Assembly (NCBI GenBank): GCA_964016885.1
Contig: OZ024749.1
Span: 496,001-560,000, forward strand
Direction of reading: 5' to 3'
Length of the DNA stretch: 64,000 nucleotides
Source of the DNA: Eledone cirrhosa
Lineage: Eukaryota
This document shows positions 39,902 through 53,883 of this stretch, piece after piece. Every line of letters starts with the position of its first letter. Position 1 is the first letter of the stretch. The position numbers were made by a program, and so were the translations under genes. The notes under the pieces are model-generated. The model was not told the origin of the DNA, did no database searches, and saw only the letters and a program-made list of their open reading frames with translations.

Positions 39902-39961
39902 TTTCATTCTGAGGATTGAAAGCAAAACCTTTTGCTTTTAAGAAACCACTGGTAAATGGAA
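39902..39961 (+). ncRNA. Type I hammerhead ribozyme motif
   Basis: Stem I TTTCATT/AATGGAA, CTGAGGA (39909), 12-bp stem II TTGAAAGCAAAA/TTTTGCTTTTAA, GAAA (39942), stem III ACCA-C-TGGT, GUA site. Confidence 0.8.
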
Positions 39962-40060
39962 TAATTGCCTTATGTTGTTTATTACATAATAATAATAAAG
40001 CTCTGTTGCATACATAGAGCACTCTTTTTTCTTGGACTTTTCCGATGGAATTACTTCATT

Positions 40061-40092
<32 letters not shown>

Positions 40093-40104
40093 GGGAGGGT
40101 CATG

Positions 40105-40147
<43 letters not shown>

Positions 40148-40350
40148 GCGTTTTAACATTGTTTAGCTCTAGTTTTCTTAACTATTGAGCGCTTGCCAAC
40201 ATTTCTACGATTTTGCGTTTCGTTTCACTACCAGCCGAAATACGATTCTCGCTGAATTATATTATATATATATATATATGTGTGTGTGTGTACAGAATGG
40301 ATACAGTAAAAACCTGTTAGACCATTTCGGTAGTAGAGAGGGTAATATGA

Positions 40351-40460
40351 AAAATTCGGAACCCCCCCGACGGCCGAGCTCCTGCCGTTTCAACAGCTAG
40401 ATCCGAACTGGATATAGCTGTTGAAACGGTAGGAGCTCGGCCGTCGGGGTTCCGAATTTT
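40351..40460. repeat. 110-bp GC-rich hairpin (MITE-like)
   Basis: AAAATTCGGAACCCC...GCTAGATCC-gaact-GGATATAGC...GGGGTTCCGAATTTT. Confidence 0.9.
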
Positions 40461-41119
40461 GGCAATATCCAATTTTAGTGGACTAAATGCTGCTTACGTG
40501 CTGTAGTTGCTGTTTACTTCAATGTATGAGGCTATTCCAACAAATTTACATTCCCCTTTTTTTAGCCGTTAAAAGAAATATAGATTTATTTATTGTTTTT
40601 TTTTTTTTTTTCGATTTATTTGCCACTGGGGCATAGATTTCTTTATTTGCCACGTTTTTGTTTGTTTGTTTGTTTTGCCGATCTGTGGGGATATGTCGCC
40701 GGCCAACAAATGGTCCTCTTCTTCCGATACCTCTTCGAAAGAAGGATCAAGGTGGAGAGAAAGGCACTCAGTCTCAGCCATTCCATGAAAGATGGGTGAA
40801 AGTAGCAATAATGGCCCGTGTAAGTGGGCCATCTCTCTGCTCCCTGGCAGAAAGGTCTCACACTTTCTACGGGGGTGTGTGTGACCGCAAAAGGCTGCCT
40901 CTCTATTGAGGACTTAAACAAACAAACAAAAACGTGGCAAATAAAGAAATCTATACCCCAGTGGCAAATAAATCGCCAAAAAAAACAATAAATAAATCTA
41001 TATTTCTTTTAACGGCTAAAAAAAAGGGAATGTAAATTTGTTGGAATAGCTTCATACATTGAAGTAAACAGCAACTACAGCACGTAAGCAGCATTTAGTC
41101 CACTAAAATTGGATATCGC
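40461..41119. mobile_element. Foldback structure: ~205-bp inverted arms around a ~245-bp structured GC-richer core
   Basis: 40461-40670 is the reverse complement of ~40916-41119 with few mismatches; both arms end internally in (AAAC)n. Confidence 0.8.
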
Positions 41120-41299
41120 CCTAATTTTTCATATATATTATCGAGCTTGTTTATTGAAACGCACAAAATTGTAACATATTTGATATGTTTTGATTCCTCA
41201 TATATATATATATATTAATCAATATATTATTTATGGCCACGAGGAGACCTTGTCGATTTCATGCTGGTTCCACCTGAGCACTGTACACAATTTCATTAG

Positions 41300-41478
41300 T
41301 ATCGGTAGAGGGTCGGACGCCATGCTTTCCAGCATAGTTACGTCCCTTTACGATCTGAGTTCAAATCCCGCCGAGGTTGACTTTGCCTTTCATCCTTACG
41401 GGGTCGATAAAATAAAGTACCAGTAATGCACTGGTAATTTCTGGCCTTGTGCCTAAAGTAGAAACAATTATTATTATT
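41300..41478 (+). mobile_element. tRNA-derived SINE (family of 1-143) with (ATT)n tail
   Basis: GAGTTCAAATCCCGCCGAGG...GATAAAATAAAGTACCAG. Confidence 0.85.
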
Positions 41479-41579
41479 ATATCTATCTATCTATCTATCT
41501 ATATATGTAGGTGTGTTTTATGTTGATTTAAAACTGCACTATCCACAAGTGTTTTTTAGCCTTCATATCATGTTCTCCT

Positions 41580-41647
41580 GTTTTATCTGATGAAAACACA
41601 AATATTATTGCATGATGATGTTTGTTTTTGAAATGCGCATAATAAAA
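41580..41647 (+). ncRNA. Type I hammerhead ribozyme motif
   Basis: Stem I TTTTAT/ATAAAA, CTGATGA (41587), stem II AAACACAAATATTATT/ATGATGATGTTTGTTTTT, GAAA, palindromic stem III ATGCGCAT, AUA site. Confidence 0.78.
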
Positions 41648-41984
41648 TACATGGAACTCCTTTAGCCATCTTTTGATCTTATATTATCTATCTATATATA
41701 TATATACACACACACACAGAAGGAGACAGATATATAACTTGGTTTTCTAGAGATGGACGCTGTGAATAATTCAGGTCCTTCTTCAGACAGATCAACCAGG
41801 CTAATTCCCCGACGTAGATCTCTCTCGAGAGAGATAGTTATAATTATGAAGACTAAAATCCGAAAAGGGCCCGATAAAGATTATATATATAACCTGTAGA
41901 ACAAATATTATTTGTACATATTTTACGGGACCTTTAGAAACTGAGAAAAATAGATAGATGGTAGATAGAAAAAGACGAGAGACA

Positions 41985-42152
41985 GTGGGTATGTGTGAGA
42001 GAGAGACTGTGTATGTATGTGAGAGAGAGAGAGAGAGACTGTATGTGAGAGAGAGAGAGACTGTATGTGAGAGAGAGAGAGACTGTATGTGAGAGAGAGA
42101 GGGACTGTATGTGTGAGAGAGAGACTGTGTATGTGTGAGAGAGAGAGAGACA
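41985..42152. repeat. ~22-bp GA/TG minisatellite (GAGAGAGACTGTATGTGA)
   Basis: Direct inspection. Confidence 0.8.
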
Positions 42153-42444
42153 GTGTGGCAGTTGTAAGAGACAATGAGGTAGAAAGTGTTTGATGTGTGA
42201 ATGTATGGCGGCCAGTAAAGAAAGACGTGTTCATTTACATTTATGTTTTTCCCTTACTAAAGTCCTTTCATTGTGTGTGTATACTATTATGTATTTTTAA
42301 GCTTTCTCACATGCACCCTCTGTATATATGTAAGTTTTTTCATGTCTCAATCTTAAGGTATATAAATATTGAGTTTTGTCATATCTTATTTACTACCATG
42401 ACTGAATCTTAACCATCTATGTCAGGGTATGTCATGCATCATCT

Positions 42445-42511
42445 TATTTTATCTGATGAGGACGTACTGTTGAAGATAGCTCAGTACCTCTGAAATATGT
42501 ATAATAAAATA
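42445..42511 (+). ncRNA. Type I hammerhead ribozyme motif
   Basis: Stem I TATTTTAT/ATAAAATA, CTGATGA (42453), stem II GG..GTACTG/CAGTAC.CTCT, GAAA (42492), stem III ATATGTAT, AUA site. Confidence 0.75.
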
Positions 42512-42840
42512 TACTTGATCACACGAATGTCTATTTTTGTTAATATTTTGAATTAATATATTTATATATATATATATATATATATAAATGAAAAGTATAG
42601 AAATTATTGTAGCAAGAAGCCAACAGTATTCCATAATATATATAAACTCAACTCCTACATAATAAAACTCACCTCCTACATATATATATGCAAAAGTTCT
42701 ATTTAAATTGTTGGGATACAACAAGCAAATATTTTTATAACTGATATAAAGCACTCAACAAATAATTGGAGTAAAAATACAATATTGACAAATGGAAACT
42801 ATATTTATAAAACCATATTTATTTCATTATACACATAGAT

Positions 42841-43875
42841 TTTACATGTGGCCGGTGTTCTGGTGCAATAAGTAGCAGCAAGTGCCCACAAAATACTAGC
42901 TCTTTCAATTGCGCAGAGGGTTCTATAGAAATAGTGGACAGCTTCCGTTACCTGGGCGATAAAATCAGCAGTGGGGGAGGGTGCTCTGAAAGTACTGTAG
43001 CTAGAGTCAGAACTGGTTGGAAAAAGTTCAGAGAGCTTATACCACTATTAGCTGCTAAAGGGTTCTCCCTAAAAATGAAAGGCAGGTTGTACGATGCCTG
43101 CATACGAACAGCAATGTTGCATGGTAGTGAGACCTGGGCATAGTGTGCAGAGGATATACGCAGACTAGAGAGGAACGAAGCTTGCATGCTCCGCTGGATG
43201 TGTAACAGTAATATACGTGAACGGCAAAGCATAAACGAACTAAGGAAAAAATTAGAGATAAGAGGGATCAGATGTTGTTTACTCGAGAGAAGGCTGCGTT
43301 GGTATGGACACGTGATGCGCATGAAAGTCGATAGCTGTATAACAAAGTGCAGGGCAATAAAGATAGACGGTAGCCACGGAATAGGCAGACCTAGAAAAAC
43401 ATGGGATGAGCTGATAAACTCCGACCTCACACACTTACACCTCTCCAAGACAATGTCACTGGACCGAGACCTTTGGCGGTACTCAGTAACAGAGAAGACC
43501 CGCCTTGCCAGTAGGCATCTCTAACAAAATACACCCCGTCCCGCCACCACCCCCACCCCATCCACACCACCCCGTTCTATGTAAAGTTATGTTGGTGCCG
43601 CGCCATCCAGGCCGAAACAAATGAGATCGTGTAGGTGTCACGACAAAAAAAACACACAGTCCACGCTGTAATGTGGCCGTGTAGGCAACACGGTAAAAAC
43701 CTCCCAGACCCACACTGTAAATGTGGTTGGTGTTAGGAAGGGCATCCAACTGTAGAAAACCTGCCAGACAGTCCTATGCGAGCAAGACAATCACTCTTGC
43801 CTCAAGTGGGACTACCCCCGTCCAAACCCATGCAAGCGTGGAACACGGACGTTAAACGTTGATGATGATGATGAT
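42841..43875 (+). mobile_element. 5'-truncated RTE-clade LINE 3' portion with 3' UTR and (GAT)n tail
   Basis: 'FTCGRC...VDSFRYLGD...GWKKFREL...HGSETWA*...RRLRWYGHV...GRPRKTW'; one in-frame stop at 43141-43143. Confidence 0.93.
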
Positions 43876-44092
43876 ATTTCAAGGACACCAAGTTAAATTA
43901 TTGTGTGCTTTCATCAGATAAAATATAATATAGAGCAGTTTTATAAATAAATATTGACATACCCTTAAAGAATGCAACCATTACTGTGGGAAGCTCCCGG
44001 ATATATATATATATATGTGTATGTAGGAGGTGAGTTTTATCGTAGCACAATAAAGCAATGCAATGTTAGTTTATAGGACTGGAGTATAAATA

Positions 44093-44233
44093 ATATAAGA
44101 TCAAAAGATGTTTAAAAGAATTCCATGCATTTTATTATGCGCATTTCAAAAACAATCCCATGATGATATTTGTTTTTGAAATGCGCGTAATAAAATACAT
44201 GGAACTCTTTTAACCATCTTTTGATCTTAAATA
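44093..44233. repeat. ~140-bp imperfect palindrome made of two inverted 3' halves of the 41580-type hammerhead unit
   Basis: Right arm 'catgatgatatttgtttttGAAAtgcgcgtaataaaatacatggaactc...catcttttgatctta' matches 41611-41681; the left arm is its reverse complement. Confidence 0.85.
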
Positions 44234-44413
44234 TATATATAATATATATAATATATAATATATATATATATATTATATATAATATATATATATATAATAT
44301 ATATATATATTATATATAATATATATATATATAATATATATATATATAATATATATATTATATATATATATATATAATATATATATAATATATATATAAT
44401 ATATATATAATAT

Positions 44414-44446
<33 letters not shown>

Positions 44447-44494
44447 CTATATATATATATATATATATAATATATATATATATATATAATATAT

Positions 44495-44538
<44 letters not shown>

Positions 44539-44696
44539 TATATATATATATATTATATATATATATTATATATAATATATATTATATATATATATATTAT
44601 ATATATATATATTATATATATATATATTATATATATATATATTATATATATATATATTATATATATATATATTATATATATATATATTATATATAT

Positions 44697-44750
<54 letters not shown>

Positions 44751-44837
44751 ATATTATATATATATATATTATATATATATATATTATATATATATATATT
44801 ATATATATATATATTATATATATATATATTATATATA

Positions 44838-44880
<43 letters not shown>

Positions 44881-44952
44881 ATATTATATATATATATATT
44901 ATATATATATATATTATATATATATATATATTATATATATATATTATATATA

Positions 44953-44999
<47 letters not shown>

Positions 45000-45003
45000 A
45001 TAT

Positions 45004-45036
<33 letters not shown>

Positions 45037-45257
45037 ATATATATATATATTATATATATATATATTATATATATATATATTATTTATATATATATATTAT
45101 TTATATATATATATATATTATATATATATATATTATATATATATATATATATTATATATATATATATTATATATATATATATATTATATATATATATATT
45201 ATATATATATATTATATATATATATATTATATATATATTATATATATATTATATATA

Positions 45258-45314
<57 letters not shown>

Positions 45315-45471
45315 ATATTATATATATATTATATATATATATATATTATATATATATATATATTATATATATATATATATAATATATATATAATATATAT
45401 ATATATATATTATATATATATATATATTATATATATATATATATTATATATATATATATATTATATATATA

Positions 45472-45547
<76 letters not shown>

Positions 45548-45841
45548 ATATTATATATATTATATATATATTATATATATATTATATATATATTATATAT
45601 ATTATATATATATATATTATATATATATATATATTATATATATATTATATTTATATATATATTATATATATATATATATTATATATATATTATATATATA
45701 TTATATATATTATATATATATATATTATATATATATATATATTATATATATTATATATATATATATTATATATATATATATATTATATATATATTTATAT
45801 ATATATATTATATATATATTATATATATATTATATATATAT

Positions 45842-45906
<65 letters not shown>

Positions 45907-45915
45907 ATATATATA

Positions 45916-45959
<44 letters not shown>

Positions 45960-47370
45960 ATATATTATATATTATATATATATTATATATTATATATATA
46001 TTATATATTATATATATATTATATATATTATATATATATTATATATATTATATATATATTATATATATTATATATATATTATATATATTATATATATATT
46101 ATATATATATTATATATATATTATATATATATTATATATATATTATATATATATTATATATATATTATATATATATTATATATATATTATATATATTATA
46201 TATATATTATATATATTATATATATATTATATATATTATATATATATTATATATATTATATATATATTATATATATTATATATATATTATATATATTATA
46301 TATATATTATATATATTATATATATATATTATATATATTATATATATATTATATATATATATATATTATATATTATATATATATTATATATATATTATAT
46401 ATATATTATATATATATTATATATATATTATATATATATTATATATATATTATATATATATTATATATATTATATATATATTATATATATTATATATATA
46501 TTATATATATTATATATATATTATATATATTATATATATATTATATATATATTATATATATATTATATATATATTATATATATATTATATATATTATATA
46601 TATATTATATATATATTATATATATATTATATATATATTATATATATATTATATATATATTATATATATATTATATATATATTATATATATATTATATAT
46701 ATATTATATATATATTATATATATATTATATATATATTATATATATATTATATATATATATATATATATTATATTATAATTATATATATATTATATATAT
46801 ATTATATATATATTATATATATATTATATATATATTATATATATATTATATATATATTATATATATATTATATATATATTATATATATATTATATATATA
46901 TTATATATATATTATATATATATTATATATATATTATATATATATTATATATATATTATATATATATTATATATATATTATATATATATTATATATATAT
47001 TATATATATTATATATATATTATATATATATTATATATATATTATATATATATTATATATATATTATATATATATTATATATATATATTATATATATATA
47101 TTATATATATATTATATATATATTATATATATATTATATATATATTATATATATATATTATATATATATTATATATATATTATATATATATTATTATATA
47201 TATATTATATATATATTATATATATATTATATATATAATATATATATAATATATATATATTATATATATAATATATATATATTATATATATATTATATAT
47301 ATATTATATATATATTATATATATATTATATATATATTATATATATAATATATAATATATATATATATAT

Positions 47371-47911
47371 GTAGATAAATCTACCAAGAGTTTACGGTAG
47401 TGTCCAATCCGTATGAAGAACTCAATGTATTCCGGATATCATGGAAAGAAGAGATGTAATGAAAAATCACTTTCGGTGAAAGATAAACGGTATACAGAGT
47501 CAAGATAAAATATTAAACAAATAATGAATAAACAATTCCTTATATTAAACAAAAAAAGTTCATTATTTAACGATCGTTTCTAGGATATATATGTGTTAGA
47601 ATTGGTATGCATATTCAACAGATCTATGTACAAAATTATACAAAATTATACAAATTATCAAGATTAAATATACATACCAAACACATATATACGCCGTCTT
47701 CAGAAATATTTTTCATTATTTCTGAAGACGGCGTATATATGTGTTTGGTATGTATATTTAATCTTGATAATTTGTATAATTTTGTATAATTTTGTACATA
47801 GATCTGTTGAATATGCATACCAATTCTAACACATATATATCCTAGAAACGATCGTTAAATAATGAACTTTTTTTGTTTAATATAAGGAATTGTTTATTCA
47901 ATATTTGTTTA

Positions 47912-47920
<9 letters not shown>
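47371..47920. mobile_element. ~550-bp cassette containing a 416-bp palindrome (47505-47920) with divergent hammerhead motifs; Penelope-like terminus (inferred)
   Basis: Arms 47505-47708 and 47717-47920 are reverse complements with about one mismatch; 8-nt loop. Confidence 0.8.
47712..47866 (+). ncRNA. Type I hammerhead motif with ~116-nt extended stem II (mirror copy on minus strand, ~47559-47708)
   Basis: 10-bp stem I TTCATTATTT/AAATAATGAA, CTGAAGA (47722), GAAA (47845), palindromic stem III ACGATCGT, GUU site. The base of stem II is imperfect. Confidence 0.7.
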
Positions 47921-47951
<31 letters not shown>

Positions 47952-48008
47952 TATATATATATTATATATATATATTATATATATATTATATATATATATA
48001 TAATATAT

Positions 48009-48307
<299 letters not shown>

Positions 48308-48438
48308 ATATTATATATATATAATATATATATATATTATATATATATTATATATATATATATATATAATATATATATAATATATATATATATATAATAT
48401 ATATATAATATATATATATATATAATATATATATATAT

Positions 48439-48486
<48 letters not shown>

Positions 48487-48746
48487 TATTATATATATAT
48501 ATATAATATATATATTATATATATATATATTATATATAATATATATATATTATATATATATAATATATATATTATATATATATATATATATATAATATAT
48601 ATATTATATATATATATATAATATATATATTATATATATATATATAATATATATATTATATATATATATATTATATATAATATATATATATTATATATAT
48701 ATAATATATATATTATATATATATATATTATATATAATATATATAT

Positions 48747-48778
<32 letters not shown>

Positions 48779-49867
48779 TATATATATATATATATTATAT
48801 ATATATATATATTATATATATATATTATATATATATTATATATATTATATATATTATATATATATATATTATATATATATTATATATATATATATTATAT
48901 ATATATATATTATATATATATTATATATATATATATTATATATATATATATTATATATATATTATATATATATATATAATATATATAATATATATATATA
49001 ATATATATAATATATATATATAATATATATATAATATATATATTATATATATATAATATATATATTATATATATATAATATATATATTATATATATATAA
49101 TATATATATATATAATATATATATATATAATATATATATTATATATATATAATATATATTATATATATATATATTATATATATATTATATATTATATATA
49201 TATTATATATATATTATATATATATTATATATATATTATATATATATTATATATTATATATATATTATATATATATTATATATATTTATATATATATATA
49301 TATTATATATATATTATATATATATATATTATATATATATTATATATATTATATTATATATATATATATTATATATATATATATATTATATATATATTAT
49401 ATATATTATATTATATATATATATATTATATATATATATATATTATATATATATTATATATATATTATATTATATATATATATTATATATATATTATATT
49501 ATATATATATATTATATATATATATTATATATATATTATATTATATATATATATTATATATATATATTATATATATATTATATTATATATATATATATAT
49601 ATATTATATATATTATATATATATTATATTATATATATATATTATATATATATTATATTATATATATATATTATATATATTATATTATATATATATATTA
49701 TATATATTATATTATATATATATATTATATATATATTATATTATATATATATAATATATATATATTATATTATATTTATATATATTATATATATATTATA
49801 TTATATATATATATATTATATATTATATTATATATATATATATTATATATATATTATATTATATATA

Positions 49868-49911
<44 letters not shown>

Positions 49912-50293
49912 ATATATATTATATATATATTATATATATATATATTATATATATATTATATTATATATATATTATATTATATATATATATTATATATATA
50001 TATTATATATATATATTATATATATATATATTATATATTATATATATATATTATATATATATATTATATATATATATATTATATATATATATTATATATA
50101 TATATTATATATATATATATATATTATATATATATATATATTATATATATATATATATTATATATATATTATATTATATATATATATATTATATATATAT
50201 TATATATATATTATATATATATTATATATATATTATATATATATTATATATATATTATATATATAATATATAATATATAATATATATATATAT

Positions 50294-50833
50294 GTAGATA
50301 AATCTACCAAGAGTTTACGGTAGTGTCCAATCCGTATGAAGAACTCAATGTATTCCGGATATCATGGAAAGAAGAGATGTAATGAAAAATCACTTTCGGT
50401 GAAAGATAAACGGTATACAGAGTCAAGATAAAATATTAAACAAATAATGAATAAACAATTCCTTATATTAAACAAAAAAAGTTCATTATTTAACGATCGT
50501 TTCTAGGATATATATGTGTTAGAATTGGTATGCATATTCAACAGATCTATGTACAAAATTATACAAAATTATACAAATTATCAAGATTAAATATACATAC
50601 CAAACACATATATACGCGTCTTCAGAAATATTTTTCATTATTTCTGAAGACGGCGTATATATGTGTTTGGTATGTATATTTAATCTTGATAATTTGTATA
50701 ATTTTGTATAATTTTGTACATAGATCTGTTGAATATGCATACCAATTCTAACACATATATATCCTAGAAACGATCGTTAAATAATGAACTTTTTTTGTTT
50801 AATATAAGGAATTGTTTATTCAATATTTGTTTA

Positions 50834-50842
<9 letters not shown>
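50294..50842. mobile_element. Second copy of the palindromic hammerhead cassette
   Basis: Matches 47371-47920 apart from a 1-nt deletion (ACGCGTC vs ACGCCGTC); offset 2923 bp. Confidence 0.8.
50634..50788 (+). ncRNA. Type I hammerhead motif with extended stem II (copy 2)
   Basis: CTGAAGA at 50644, GAAA at 50767, same stems as 47712. Confidence 0.68.
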
Positions 50843-50873
<31 letters not shown>

Positions 50874-50921
50874 TATATATATATTATATATATATATATT
50901 ATATATATATATATAATATAT

Positions 50922-51194
<273 letters not shown>

Positions 51195-52173
51195 ATATTA
51201 TATATATATAATATATATATATATTATATATATTATATATATATATATTATATATATTATATATATATTATATATATATTATATATATATATATATAATA
51301 TATATATATATATTATATATATATATATATATTATATATATATATTATATATATATATATATTATATATATTATATATATATATATATTATATATTTATA
51401 TATATATATATTATATATATATTATATATATTATATATATATTATATATATATATATATATAATATATATATAATATATATATATAATATATATAATATA
51501 TATATAATATATATATTATATATATATAATATATATATTATATATATATAATATATATATATATAATATATATATATATATAATATATATATATAATATA
51601 TATATTATATATATATAATATATATATATTATATATATTATATATATATTATATATATATATATATAATATATATAATATATATATATAATATATATAAT
51701 ATATATATAATATATATATTATATATATATAATATATATATTATATATATATAATATATATATATATAATATATATATATATATATAATATATATATAAT
51801 ATATATATATAATATATATAATATATATATAATATATATATTATATATATATAATATATATATTATATATATATAATATATATATATAATATATATATAT
51901 ATATATAATATATATATATAATATATATTATATATATATAATATATATATAATATATATATTATATATATATAATATATATATATATAATATATATATTA
52001 TATATATATATTATATATATATTATATATTATATATATATTATATATATATTATATATATTTATATATATATATATATTATATATATATTATATATATTA
52101 TATTATATATATATATTATATATATATATATATTATATATATATTATATATATTATATTATATATATATATAT

Positions 52174-52204
<31 letters not shown>

Positions 52205-52645
52205 ATATATATATTATATATTATATATATATTATATATATATTATATATATTTATATATATATATATATTATATATATATTATATATATTATATTATAT
52301 ATATATATATTATATATATATATATATTATATATATATTATATATATTATATTATATATATATATATTATATATATATATATATTATATATATATTATAT
52401 ATATATTATATTATATATATATATATTATATATATATTATATTATATATATATATTATATATATATTATATTATATATATATATTATATATATTATATTA
52501 TATATATATATTATATATATTATATTATATATATATATTATATATATATTATATTATATATATATATTATATATATATTATATTATATATATATATATTA
52601 TATATATATTATATTATATATATATATATTATATATATATTATAT

Positions 52646-52679
<34 letters not shown>

Positions 52680-52725
52680 ATTATATATATATATATTATT
52701 ATATATATATTATATATATATATTA

Positions 52726-52762
<37 letters not shown>

Positions 52763-52797
52763 ATATTATATATATTTTATATATATATTATATATAT

Positions 52798-52832
<35 letters not shown>

Positions 52833-52952
52833 ATATTATATATATATTATATTATATATATATATTATATATATATATTATATATATATATATTATATAT
52901 TATATATATATATTATATATATATATTATATATATATATATTATATATATAT

Positions 52953-52986
<34 letters not shown>

Positions 52987-52990
52987 ATAT

Positions 52991-53024
<34 letters not shown>

Positions 53025-53028
53025 ATAT

Positions 53029-53060
<32 letters not shown>

Positions 53061-53308
53061 ATATTATATATATATATATTATATATATATTATATATATA
53101 TTATATTATATATATATTATATTATATATATATATTATATATATATTATATTATATATATATTATATTATATATATATATTATATATATATTATATTATA
53201 TATATATATATATATTATATTATATATATATATATATATATTATATTATATATATATATATATATATTATATTATATATATATATTATATATATTATATT
53301 ATATATAT

Positions 53309-53341
<33 letters not shown>

Positions 53342-53544
53342 ATATATATTATATATTATATATATATATATTATATATATATTATATATATTATATATTA
53401 TATTATATATATATATATATATATTATATATATTATATATATATATTATATATATTATATTATATATATATATATTATATATATTATATATATATTATAT
53501 ATATTATATATATATTATATATATATTATATATATATTATATAT

Positions 53545-53579
<35 letters not shown>

Positions 53580-53585
53580 ATATAT

Positions 53586-53646
<61 letters not shown>

Positions 53647-53652
53647 ATATAT

Positions 53653-53683
<31 letters not shown>

Positions 53684-53883
53684 NNNNNNNNNNNNNNNNN
53701 NNNNNNNNNNNNNNNNNNNNNNNNNNNNNNNNNNNNNNNNNNNNNNNNNNNNNNNNNNNNNNNNNNNNNNNNNNNNNNNNNNNNNNNNNNNNNNNNNNNN
53801 NNNNNNNNNNNNNNNNNNNNNNNNNNNNNNNNNNNNNNNNNNNNNNNNNNNNNNNNNNNNNNNNNNNNNNNNNNNNNNNNNNN
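53684..53883. other. Assembly gap (200 N)
   Basis: Run of n. Confidence 1.

Larger units (their letters stand above)
39731..39995. repeat. 265-bp near-perfect palindrome (3-nt loop at 39862-39864)
   Basis: Arms are reverse complements with about one mismatch (ATAAAAAATCC vs GGATTTTTCAT). Confidence 0.95.

Noticed and set aside
47607-47818. Near-identical 60-aa ORFs on both strands
   Set aside because: A consequence of the palindrome; no coding evidence.
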